A DNA stretch of 64,000 bases from Dehalococcoidia bacterium UBA2158 (GTDB lineage Bacteria > Chloroflexota > Dehalococcoidia > Lucifugimonadales > UBA3495): NCBI GenBank assembly GCA_002328185.1, contig DCWQ01000029.1, forward strand, positions 69,951-133,950, read 5' to 3'. Shown piece by piece: positions 56,656 through 64,000 of the stretch (the first letter of the stretch is position 1; each line of letters begins with the position of its first letter). The notes under the pieces are model-generated. The model did not search any database. It was not told the DNA's origin and was given only the letters and a program-made list of their open reading frames with translations. The position numbers and the translations under genes were made by a program.

Positions 56656-56747
56656 GTCATTCCATCGAAGGCTGGAATCCAGGATGCTCTCGTGGGTGAT
56701 GATTGACTGACGCAGCCATTCAGGATTCTGGCCTTCGGCAAAATTAC
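56656..56747. repeat. inverted pair of a related repeat (GTCATTCC..GAAGGCTGGAATCC type)
   Basis: One arm is gtcattccatcgaaggctggaatccagg (56656..56683). The other arm at 56721..56747 reverse-complements to gtaattttgccgaaggccagaatcctg. Confidence 0.6.
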
Positions 56748-56768
56748 ATGATGGCTTCGGTGGCCCGT

Positions 56769-57131
56769 CTAGACGAAAATCCTCTCAGGGTTGGTGGTCG
56801 GGTAAATCGCCAACACCTTGGCCGGTTTGTTCGACTGGTTTGTGATGGTGTGCTTCGCCCCGGCGGGAGCTAAGAGCAAGTCTCCCGGCCCCAGTATGCG
56901 GGTCTCCCCCTCCAGCACCGCCTCGATGTTACCTTCCACCACCAAAGTGGCTTCTTCGTAATCGGGATGGATGTGCAGGGCTAGACCGGCGCCGGGGTCG
57001 ATGCTGGCGTTAACCACTGTTAGGTTCTTCCCGCCGGTGTCCTTACCCACCAGAATCGTGGCCTGAGTGCCCGAAGTGGGACTACCGCCCTCGGCCTCCT
57101 CCTTTTTGACGAATGGCATGAGTCTCTCCAA
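56769..57131 (-). CDS. cupin domain protein
   Basis: 120 aa: GAGLALHIHPDYEEATLVVEGNIE...APAGAKHTITN. Confidence 0.75.
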   Translation of the reverse strand: MERLMPFVKKEEAEGGSPTSGTQATILVGKDTGGKNLTVVNASIDPGAGLALHIHPDYEEATLVVEGNIEAVLEGETRILGPGDLLLAPAGAKHTITNQSNKPAKVLAIYPTTNPERIFV

Positions 57132-57174
57132 CGGGGTCGAATCGATCGCCCCAGCATGGTTTATTCTATGGGGT

Positions 57175-57525
57175 TTATTTGCCGTCGTCGAAGCTGACTA
57201 TGATGACTGCGTTGGCTACTAGCAACCCATCGTTGCCGTCCGCACTTGGTATCTCCAGGCCTCCGACAACCGCCTTGCAGGTGCCTTTTCCATTGGTGTG
57301 GGGGAGCGTGGCGGCGACTGCTTCAGTATCCACTTGGTCCGGTTTGGAAACTCCGATGGTGATATCCACCGTCATATCGTCGGCGGTTTTGCCTAACATT
57401 CGCATGAATCCCAAGCTGCTGTGATGAAGAGCGTCGAATACGGCCCGGGTGGCCGCCTTGGTGTAGTCCAGACCATGGACATCCACGCCCATTCCCATCT
57501 CGGTGACACATCGTACCATTGCCAT
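57175..57525 (-). CDS. Lin0512-family conserved hypothetical protein
   Basis: Track ORF 57175..57660. Start placed at ATG 57525 with a strong GGAGG 6 nt upstream. Sequence: MAMVRCVTEMGMGVDVHGLDYTKAATRAVFDALHHSSL... Family name is from memory (TIGR02058-like). Confidence 0.6.
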   Translation of the reverse strand: MAMVRCVTEMGMGVDVHGLDYTKAATRAVFDALHHSSLGFMRMLGKTADDMTVDITIGVSKPDQVDTEAVAATLPHTNGKGTCKAVVGGLEIPSADGNDGLLVANAVIIVSFDDGK

Positions 57526-57613
57526 GATTAACCTCCAGTTCGCGGTCGGATAACATCCGCCACTATGCCGACCCATTACAACCCAGCCGCACGGCTCCGT
57601 CAAGCGAGGGCTG

Positions 57614-58759
57614 TTAGGCAACTGAAGATTGGATACCCATGTTGGAGGTGTCATAGCCACCGAGACTCTCCACCCGCCGGTGCAACACAGGGCGACAAAG
57701 CAGGTCCAATAACACCTGGACCGGCCCTTCGGAAAGGAAATGCTCGGGGATCACCAGGTCATATCGTTCTTCTTCCAGGGGAAGGAAGTCCAAGCCCATC
57801 GCCACCGCGGCAGCCTTCACACCGATCCCGACATCTGCGCTGCCCGATGCCACGGCGGCCGCTACCGCCAGATGGCCCTTTTCTTCTCTTTCGTAACCGA
57901 TAACCTGCCCGGCCGGGATATCGGATGCGGCCAAAGTCCGGTCCAACAGCGCTCTGCTCCCTGAGCCGGCCTGCCGGTTGACCAGTCTGATCCCCGGATT
58001 GGACAGGTCGGCCACTCCCCCCACTTGTTTGGGGTTCCCGTAGGCCAGGATCAACCCTTGCTGCCAAGATGCGAAAGTCACCAGCACGCAGGAGAAGGGC
58101 ACAAGCCGCTCAACCCAAGAAGTGTTGTAGGTTCCGGTGGCGTCGTCCAACAGGTGGCAGCCGGCGACGTGAGCTTCCCCTCTGGCCAAGCCCATCAGCG
58201 CTTGGCTGCTGCTCTCTTCGCCCGCCACCAAGGCCACTCCCCGGGAGCGGAGGCCCGATTCCAGCAGTCCCACCGCCGGGTCGCAACCCAGCATGGCCAG
58301 GGTCGGAGACTCGACTTCCTCCGGATCGAAGGGCTGCACCGTTACGCGTTTTTGGGACCCGCCATCTGGAACAATGAGTCCCTCGGCGGCGATCACAGCA
58401 TGACGGCAGTTTCCGGCGCCGGTCAGTGGCCGGGCCAGCATCTTCTGGCCCACGCGGAACAATCGCGCTCTTTGTGAGGAATCGCTGAGCACCGGCTCCG
58501 GCGAAGAGTCGGTGACGAGTTCTGCTTCGATGGCAGTTGGGGCCCGCTCAGGAAGATAGAAGAGTAACTCAACCCTCTCTTGGAGGGCCTGCGCCAACCG
58601 CAGAGCGACTTCGGTGGAGGGATTGGCGCTGCCGGACTCCAGTGAGGAGTAGGCTTGACGGCTGATGCCCGCCTGGCTGGCCAATACCCCTTGGGTGAGG
58701 CCAACCCTGGTGCGCGCTTGTTTCAGGTTGTTCTGAAGGTTGTTACTACTTCGAGGCAT
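57614..58759 (-). CDS. XRE-type HTH transcriptional regulator fused to a periplasmic-binding-protein-like (molybdate-binding-type) domain
   Basis: 381 aa. The N-terminus LKQARTRVGLTQGVLASQAGISRQAYSSLESGSANPSTEVALRLAQAL is an HTH_3 motif. A large C-terminal PBP-like domain follows. The gene is divergent from modABC. Confidence 0.75.
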   Translation of the reverse strand: MPRSSNNLQNNLKQARTRVGLTQGVLASQAGISRQAYSSLESGSANPSTEVALRLAQALQERVELLFYLPERAPTAIEAELVTDSSPEPVLSDSSQRARLFRVGQKMLARPLTGAGNCRHAVIAAEGLIVPDGGSQKRVTVQPFDPEEVESPTLAMLGCDPAVGLLESGLRSRGVALVAGEESSSQALMGLARGEAHVAGCHLLDDATGTYNTSWVERLVPFSCVLVTFASWQQGLILAYGNPKQVGGVADLSNPGIRLVNRQAGSGSRALLDRTLAASDIPAGQVIGYEREEKGHLAVAAAVASGSADVGIGVKAAAVAMGLDFLPLEEERYDLVIPEHFLSEGPVQVLLDLLCRPVLHRRVESLGGYDTSNMGIQSSVA

Positions 58760-58773
58760 GGATTAACGGTACA

Positions 58774-58800
58774 GTAACCTTGATATAATATCAAGGTTAC
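58774..58800. promoter_or_regulatory. perfect 27-bp palindrome, candidate operator of the mod regulon
   Basis: GTAACCTTGATAT-A-ATATCAAGGTTAC lies between the regulator ATG (58759) and the modA ATG (58825). Confidence 0.6.
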
Positions 58801-58808
58801 TTTACAAT
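58780..58808 (+). promoter_or_regulatory. sigma-70-type promoter of modA (TTGATA-17-TACAAT)
   Basis: TTGATA at 58780..58785 and TACAAT at 58803..58808. The -35 element and spacer lie inside the palindrome. Confidence 0.5.
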
Positions 58809-58824
58809 CATCCAATCTCAGCAT

Positions 58825-59643
58825 ATGCCTTATTCCATGAACTTTACCTTGCCGATAAAGCAGGTCAAAATCCTATTCATCCTTTTCTTGATCCTGATTG
58901 TTTCCTGTGGCGGAGACAATGGGGCGTCATTGCGGGTATTTGCGGCGTCATCGCTGACCGGGGCGTTCAAGGACGTGGCCCGGGCCTTCGAGGCCAAGAA
59001 CTCTGGAGTTGAAGTGAAACTGGACTTCGGCGGCAGCCAGCGGTTGCGTTCTCAGTTAGAATTTGGGGCCAAGGCCGATATATTTGCCTCGGCCGACTCC
59101 ATCCAAATGGACCACCTCGTGGCCGCAAACTTGGTCTCAGGAACGCCAACTGACTTTGCATCCAACGCTCTGGTCGTGATCGCCAATTCGAACGGCCCAG
59201 TTACAAATTTATCGGACCTAGGTAAGCCTGAGATCAGGGTAGTACTGGGCCAAGAAAGCGTTCCGGTGGGCGCATATTCTCGGCAGGTACTAGAGAATCT
59301 ATCCAACGATGTTGGTCTAGGGTTGGGCAGTGGGTTCAAAGATGATGTGTTGGCGAACTTGGCGTCGAGGGAACCAAATGCCAGCTTGGCATTTCAGAAA
59401 GTAGTCTTGGGAGAGGTGGCTGCCGGTATCGTCTACGAAACGGATATCGTTTTTGCTTCCGAAACAGGAGTCAGCGAGATGAGTTTCATCGCCATCCCCA
59501 AGAAGGCTAACGTGAGTGCCATGTACCCCATTGCTCTTCTAAAGGACGCGCCCGAGCCTGAGTTAGCCAGGGCGTTCGTTGAGTTTGTGCTTTCTGAAGC
59601 TGGGCGACACATTCTCGACGCGCATGGTTTCAGTTCACCATGA
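58825..59643 (+). CDS. modA: molybdate ABC transporter substrate-binding lipoprotein
   Basis: 272 aa. Lipobox LIVSC, then LRVFAASSLTGAFKDVARAFE...KLDFGGSQRLRSQLEFGAKADIFASAD. Confidence 0.9.
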   Translation: MPYSMNFTLPIKQVKILFILFLILIVSCGGDNGASLRVFAASSLTGAFKDVARAFEAKNSGVEVKLDFGGSQRLRSQLEFGAKADIFASADSIQMDHLVAANLVSGTPTDFASNALVVIANSNGPVTNLSDLGKPEIRVVLGQESVPVGAYSRQVLENLSNDVGLGLGSGFKDDVLANLASREPNASLAFQKVVLGEVAAGIVYETDIVFASETGVSEMSFIAIPKKANVSAMYPIALLKDAPEPELARAFVEFVLSEAGRHILDAHGFSSP

Positions 59644-60487
59644 TTCAGAACTTAGGACTGACAGATTGGCAACCATAAACTCGCTGGGCCTCCTCAGGAG
59701 CCATCCAGCCGGAATTTTGGGCGGCAGCGGCGCGGTGCTCTATGTGCTGTTCATCGGCCTACCGGTGATTGCATTGCTGGTACAGTCCACCCAACAAAGC
59801 GACTTTCTTGACGCCGTTACCGGAGACTCCGCTCTGACTGCTCTTCGCCTGTCGCTGTTGACCAGCATCATCAGCATGGCGGTGGTGGTCGCGCTCGGAA
59901 CGCCCTTTGCATACCTTTTGGCCCGGAGCGACAATATGTGGGCCAGGGTCGTGGACACCTTGGTGGAGTTGCCTTTGGTCCTGCCGCCGGTGGTCGCCGG
60001 GGTTGCCATGCTGATGGCTTTCGGACGGAACGGGCTCATCGGGCCGGGACTGGAGAACATCGGGATAACGATCCCATTCACCACCACTGCCGTGGTGTTC
60101 GCTCAGATATTCGTGGCCTCGCCTTTCTTCATACGCGCCGCCAAGCTGGGCTTCCAATCGGGAGCCAAAGACTTCGAAGATATCGCCCAGACCCTGGGTG
60201 TTTCTCCGTGGCGCACATTTTTCCGAATCACGTTGCCCCTAGCTGCGCCCGCCATGTTCACCGGTTTGGGATTGGCCTGGGCCCGGGCGCTGTCCGAATT
60301 CGGCGCCACCATGATGTTCGCCGGAAACCTGACCGGCGAGACCCAAACCATGCCGCTGGCCATCATGTCGACGATGGAGACCAGCCTCGATGGCGCCCTG
60401 GCCCTCTCGGTGATGCTGCTGGCCGGGTCCGTCCTGGTGTTGGCGTTGTTGGGTCTGCTCACCCGACGAAGGTGGCAGGGCCGATGA
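59624..60487 (+). CDS. modB: molybdate ABC transporter permease
   Basis: Track ORF 59579..60487. It has multiple TM segments and an EAA-like loop, AWARALSEFGATMMFAGN. The start is uncertain, with ATG 59624 chosen. Its stop overlaps the modC start (ATGA). Confidence 0.85.
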   Translation: MVSVHHDSELRTDRLATINSLGLLRSHPAGILGGSGAVLYVLFIGLPVIALLVQSTQQSDFLDAVTGDSALTALRLSLLTSIISMAVVVALGTPFAYLLARSDNMWARVVDTLVELPLVLPPVVAGVAMLMAFGRNGLIGPGLENIGITIPFTTTAVVFAQIFVASPFFIRAAKLGFQSGAKDFEDIAQTLGVSPWRTFFRITLPLAAPAMFTGLGLAWARALSEFGATMMFAGNLTGETQTMPLAIMSTMETSLDGALALSVMLLAGSVLVLALLGLLTRRRWQGR

Positions 60488-61620
60488 TCAACAACCAGAC
60501 GGTAGAAACCCATGCCAAAGGTTGGGTGGAATGCCGGGTTAGCAATTTTCATCTGGAGACCGAATGGGAGGTCGAGCCCGGACAGGTCCTGGTGTTGTTC
60601 GGGCCCTCTGGAGCGGGAAAGTCGACAACCCTCAGGGCCATCGCGGGGCTCTTGCGTCCCGTGCGCGGACATGTCGAAGTGGGCGGCCAAGTTGTTTACG
60701 ATAGCGGCGATGGGACTTGGGTGCCCACCCACGAGCGGCGGCTAGGCTACCTGACCCAGCAATACCACCTTTTCCCCCACCTAAAAGTGGCGGCCAACAT
60801 CGCATTTGGACTTCCAGACCGAAACTCGCCCACTGGCCGGAAACGCTTCTCAGAACTATCTAGCTTATTCCAGTTGGAAGGGCTTGAGGAACGCTACCCC
60901 TGGGAACTGTCCGGGGGCCAACAACAGCGGGTTGCCTTGGCAAGGGCGTTGGCGTCCCGGCCGGCTATGCTGCTGCTGGACGAACCCTTTGCATCATTGG
61001 ACGCCGAGTTGCGCCGGACACTGCGCCGTGAGCTTAGAGACATGCTGGCCCAGTCCCCGGTGCCTGTGATGTTGGTGACCCATGACCGGGAGGAGGCGTT
61101 AGCCTTAGGCGATTCGGTGCAGGTTATCAATGAAGGCCGGACGCTGGTCACGGGCGACCCCTTAGATGTTTTGGGGCAGCCGGGACAGGGGCGGGTTGCG
61201 CGGTTGGTGGGAGTGGAGAACCTGTTCGACCTAGAGGTCCAAGAAAGGAATCCCCGTGACGGCACCATGAGCTGCGTGGGCCCGGGCTTACAGCTGGAAG
61301 TGCCTTTGGACTCCCACACCTCTGCAAACGCCGGTTCGGAAGACGGGACGGACAGAGTTACGGTGGGCATCCGGGCATCGGACATCATCTTGGCCAAGGA
61401 AGACCTGGCCGGGTCTTCGGCTCGGAACCGGCTGCCGGGCCAGGTGGTGTCGGTCGAGTCCCGTCCGCCTGGATACGCGGTGACCTTAGACTGTGGGCAA
61501 CCGTTGCATTGTCACATCACCGGGGCGGCTCTGGAGAAGATGGGGATCAGGACTGGTCAGCGGTTATGGGCAGTGTTTAAGGCCTCATCCTGCTTTTTGG
61601 TAGATGAAGAGCGCGGATAA
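60484..61620 (+). CDS. modC: molybdate ABC transporter ATP-binding protein with C-terminal TOBE/Mop-like domain
   Basis: This is the C-terminal 378 codons of track ORF 59938..61620. Motifs: GPSGAGKST (Walker A), LSGGQQQRVALARAL, LLLDEPF. C-terminal segment is NRLPGQVVSVE... Confidence 0.9.
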   Translation: MINNQTVETHAKGWVECRVSNFHLETEWEVEPGQVLVLFGPSGAGKSTTLRAIAGLLRPVRGHVEVGGQVVYDSGDGTWVPTHERRLGYLTQQYHLFPHLKVAANIAFGLPDRNSPTGRKRFSELSSLFQLEGLEERYPWELSGGQQQRVALARALASRPAMLLLDEPFASLDAELRRTLRRELRDMLAQSPVPVMLVTHDREEALALGDSVQVINEGRTLVTGDPLDVLGQPGQGRVARLVGVENLFDLEVQERNPRDGTMSCVGPGLQLEVPLDSHTSANAGSEDGTDRVTVGIRASDIILAKEDLAGSSARNRLPGQVVSVESRPPGYAVTLDCGQPLHCHITGAALEKMGIRTGQRLWAVFKASSCFLVDEERG

Positions 61621-61863
61621 CGGGCCACCCAAGTCCAAGAATCAGGTAGTTTTCTTGATATTCGCCAAAGCCTCGCCTTCGCGTTTTGTCACACTGGATC
61701 AGGCCGCATCTTGTTGTCGTTTATGTTAACAAGAGAACACGGCCAATCTATCGTTAACGGTGACAATTTATGGACCATTGGGTTTGCGCATTTCGTCTCT
61801 TATTAGGAAATACGATACTGGAATACCATTCTCAACCAATTTTCAGATAGGCGAAAATTGCGC

Positions 61864-61891
61864 TTGCAAAGAGAATGTTAATGGGTATAAT
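61864..61891 (+). promoter_or_regulatory. near-consensus sigma-70 promoter (TTGCAA-16-TATAAT)
   Basis: TTGCAA at 61864..61869 and TATAAT at 61886..61891. It lies about 125 nt upstream of the zinc-ribbon gene start. Confidence 0.55.
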
Positions 61892-62019
61892 GTGCCCCAA
61901 CCCGAACCAGGGTTAGGCTGAACGGGTTACCGAAACACTAGTAGAGAAGGGAACGTCAGTAACCGGTACCACTTGGCCGGGGGAACCAAATTCGGGGAGA
62001 AGACCCAGGAGGTCGACCA

Positions 62020-62334
62020 GTGGCATTGTCAGATAGGACCCTAACTTGCGTGGAGTGTGGTGGGGAGTTCATCTTTACGGCTGGTGAACAGGAATTTTTC
62101 CAAGCAAGGGGGTTCGGCAACGAGCCCAAGCGCTGCCGCAGTTGCCGGGCAGTGCGCCGTTCCGAGCAAAGGTCCGCAGGTATGTACCAAGACGGCCCCA
62201 GAGAGATGTACCCCATCAACTGCGCCGAGTGCGGCAATGACGCCATGGTGCCCTTCCGGCCCCGAGGCGACCGTCCGGTTTACTGCAGTGATTGCTTCAG
62301 CAAGATGCGCACCGAGTCTTCATCCGGCTTCTAA
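62020..62334 (+). CDS. double zinc-ribbon protein (two CxxC...CxxC units)
   Basis: 104 aa with CVECGGEFIFTAGEQEFF...RCRSC and CAECGNDAMVPFRPRGDRPVYCSDC. AGGAGG RBS. Confidence 0.75.
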   Translation: MALSDRTLTCVECGGEFIFTAGEQEFFQARGFGNEPKRCRSCRAVRRSEQRSAGMYQDGPREMYPINCAECGNDAMVPFRPRGDRPVYCSDCFSKMRTESSSGF

Positions 62335-62358
62335 ACCGCACCAAGATAAGGTAGAACC

Positions 62359-62393
62359 AAAACAGGGTTGGCATTTCGCCAGCCCTGTTTTTA
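62359..62393 (+). terminator. rho-independent terminator
   Basis: cagggttggc (62363..62372) pairs with gccagccctg (62378..62387), followed by TTTTT. Confidence 0.8.
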
Positions 62394-62474
62394 TTTCCTC
62401 TTCCCTTCCATACCACCTCCGTGATTCCGGCGAAAGCCTGAATCCAAGAAACGTCTACACAAGACAATCCGTCT

Positions 62475-62620
62475 GCCGTAGGCGCGGGTTATTAACCCGC
62501 TGGTTGTTAGGCAGCCGACTCTCGCATCCGACAGCCAAATCACGGTGAACGGCCTTCACAGTTCCTTAGATTCGCGTCATACCCCCCTGAACCGAGCGGG
62601 TTGAAAACCCGCGCCTACGG
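62475..62620. repeat. inverted pair of hairpin-type repeats (CCGTAGGCGCGGGTT..AACCCGC type)
   Basis: The arms are ccgtaggcgcgggttattaacccgc (62475..62499) and gagcgggttgaaaacccgcgcctacgg (62594..62620). Each arm is itself a small hairpin, gcgggtt-N4-aacccgc. Confidence 0.65.
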
Positions 62621-62683
62621 GTCGCCCCTACCCATTCGATTGAAGCCATGACTCGCCAGCGGATACAATGTCCACGCATCAAG

Positions 62684-64000
62684 ATGAAATTCAAAGACCT
62701 TAGAGAATTTATTCGTTTCCTGGAAGAGAAGGGCGAGCTGCGTCGCATCTCCGCGCCGGTCAACCGCGAGTTGGAAATCACGGAGATCGCCGACCGGGTG
62801 ATCAAGTCGGGCGGGCCGGCCCTCCTGTTCGAAAACGTCACTGGCTACGACACCCCGGTGTTGATCAACATGTACGGCACGCACCAACGGATGGCTTGGG
62901 CTTTAGGGGTCGATAGCATAGATGACCTGGTCGGCCGAATCGAAGGCCTCCTAGACCTGATACACGGCCCACCCAAGGGCCTGATGAACAAACTACGCAC
63001 CCTTGGACAGTTGGTGCACCTGGGGGCGTTCCAGCCCAAGACCGTGAACAGCGCTCCCTGCCAAGAACTGGTTATTCAGGCCGACGATGTTGATCTTTAT
63101 AAGTTCCCTATACTGAAATGCTGGCCCCTGGACGGCGGCCCTTTCGTAACCCTTCCGCTCGTTATCACCAAGGACCCGGAGACGGGCATCCAGAACTACG
63201 GCACCTACCGGATGCAGGTCTACGACAAGCAGACCACCGGCATGCACTGGCAGACCCATAAGGTAGGGACACACCATTACCGCATGAGCCACGAACTCGG
63301 ATTGGAGAAGCTGGACGTTGCTGTCGCGCTTGGCGGCGACCCGTCCACCATCTGGACCGGCTCCGCGCCCCTGCCGCCCGACATGGATGAGATGGCAGTG
63401 GCAGGGTTCCTCCGCGAAGAGGGTGTGGAACTGGTCAAGGCCAAGACCAACGATCTGATGGTGCCCGCCCAGGCTGAGATTGTGCTGGAAGGGTATGTAA
63501 CACCAGGCGAAGAGCGAGACGAAGGCCCCTTTGGCGATCACACCGGCTACTACTCCATGGAAGACCCTTACCCGGTCTTCCACGTAACCTGCATCACCCA
63601 CCGCAAGGAACCGATCTATCCGGCCGCCATCGTGGGTCGCCCGCCCATGGAGGACTTCTACATGGGCAAGGTGACCGAGCGGGTCTTCCTGCCTCTGATG
63701 AGAATGATCCTACCCGAGGTCGTGGACATCAACATGCCCGCTGAGGGCTCGTTCACCAACCTGGTCATCGTGTCGATCAAGAAAGAGTATCCCGGACAGG
63801 GACGGAAGGTGATGCACGGACTTTGGGGGCTGGGTCTCATGAGCTTGGTTAAGACCATCATCGTGGTAGACCACAACGTGGATGTCCACAACATGTCCGA
63901 GGTTGCTTGGCGGGTCACTAACAACATCGACCCGGCTCAAGATTTCCTCTTCGCCCAAGGCCCGATCGACGACTTGGACATCGGCTCATCAACACCCAAA
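62684..64000 (+). CDS. UbiD family decarboxylase (menaquinone/ubiquinone-biosynthesis-type); 3' end beyond the window
   Basis: Absent from the track because there is no stop in the window. Hand translation from ATG 62684 gives MKFKDLREFIRFLEEKGELRRISAPVNRELEITEIADRVIKSGGPALLFENVTGY...YRMQV...GPFGDHTGYY...PIYPAAIVGRPPMED. The frame is open through position 64000. Confidence 0.85.
   Translation, partial: MKFKDLREFIRFLEEKGELRRISAPVNRELEITEIADRVIKSGGPALLFENVTGYDTPVLINMYGTHQRMAWALGVDSIDDLVGRIEGLLDLIHGPPKGLMNKLRTLGQLVHLGAFQPKTVNSAPCQELVIQADDVDLYKFPILKCWPLDGGPFVTLPLVITKDPETGIQNYGTYRMQVYDKQTTGMHWQTHKVGTHHYRMSHELGLEKLDVAVALGGDPSTIWTGSAPLPPDMDEMAVAGFLREEGVELVKAKTNDLMVPAQAEIVLEGYVTPGEERDEGPFGDHTGYYSMEDPYPVFHVTCITHRKEPIYPAAIVGRPPMEDFYMGKVTERVFLPLMRMILPEVVDINMPAEGSFTNLVIVSIKKEYPGQGRKVMHGLWGLGLMSLVKTIIVVDHNVDVHNMSEVAWRVTNNIDPAQDFLFAQGPIDDLDIGSSTPK

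Noticed and set aside
59938-60483. The long N-terminal part of track ORF 59938..61620 (560 aa).
   Set aside because: This portion is an Arg/Gly/His-rich out-of-frame reading through modB. The real ModC begins at ATG 60484 (ATGA overlap with the modB stop), just before the Walker A motif.
1-64000. A search by eye for tRNA T-loop motifs (GGTTCGAAT/GGTTCAAAT and their complements), rRNA, CRISPR repeat-spacer periodicity and IS terminal repeats.
   Set aside because: None was found. Near-matches (for example ggttcgaag at about 31510 and agattcgagcc at about 50355) lack acceptor and anticodon stems. Manual scanning can miss divergent elements, so tRNAscan-SE, Infernal and a CRISPR finder should be run to confirm.

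Overview
This is a 64-kb chromosomal window. Hand counts of single sequence lines give about 62% GC in the bulk and about 43% GC inside an AT-richer segment at roughly 40.2-48.9 kb.

Housekeeping anchors are glmU, the dnaG-rpoD pair, xth, dnaN, an AlaX-like editing protein, modABC with a divergent regulator, and a partial UbiD-family decarboxylase at the right edge.

The rest is dominated by catabolic paralogs:
- three amidase-signature enzymes
- three luciferase-like (LLM) oxidoreductases
- a Baeyer-Villiger monooxygenase
- an HpaB-family oxygenase
- a GMC oxidoreductase
- hydantoinase A/B
- a CaiB-type CoA-transferase
- an orphan xanthine-dehydrogenase-type Mo subunit
- two related MFS transporters
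- several VOC, cupin and other small proteins

This inventory resembles marine Chloroflexota of the SAR202 type. That assignment is inference from gene content only. I found no rRNA, tRNA, CRISPR array or intact transposase/integrase.

Main observations:
1. A GrdB/PrdB-like gene is read through a single in-frame TGA in a U-x-x-C context, with a GC-rich hairpin 12 nt downstream. It is a candidate selenoprotein. It sits at the end of a same-strand catabolic cluster that lacks the other glycine-reductase subunits.
2. A dispersed family of inverted-pair repeats (GTCATTCCGAG...GAGGAAT type) occurs at several loci. One pair brackets a decayed GIY-YIG nuclease gene.
3. A sortase-like protein carries Ser in place of the catalytic Cys.
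4. An AT-rich island encodes a membrane-anchored metzincin containing 63-bp tandem repeats.
5. A perfect 27-bp palindrome overlaps the modA promoter, next to an XRE-HTH/molybdate-binding-domain regulator that is followed by Lin0512-family and cupin genes.
6. There are several decayed genes: a frameshifted MBL hydrolase, a histidine-kinase remnant and an HA-domain remnant.

Start codons were adjusted by hand where a Shine-Dalgarno-like motif supported it. All family calls come from motif recognition, not from searches.
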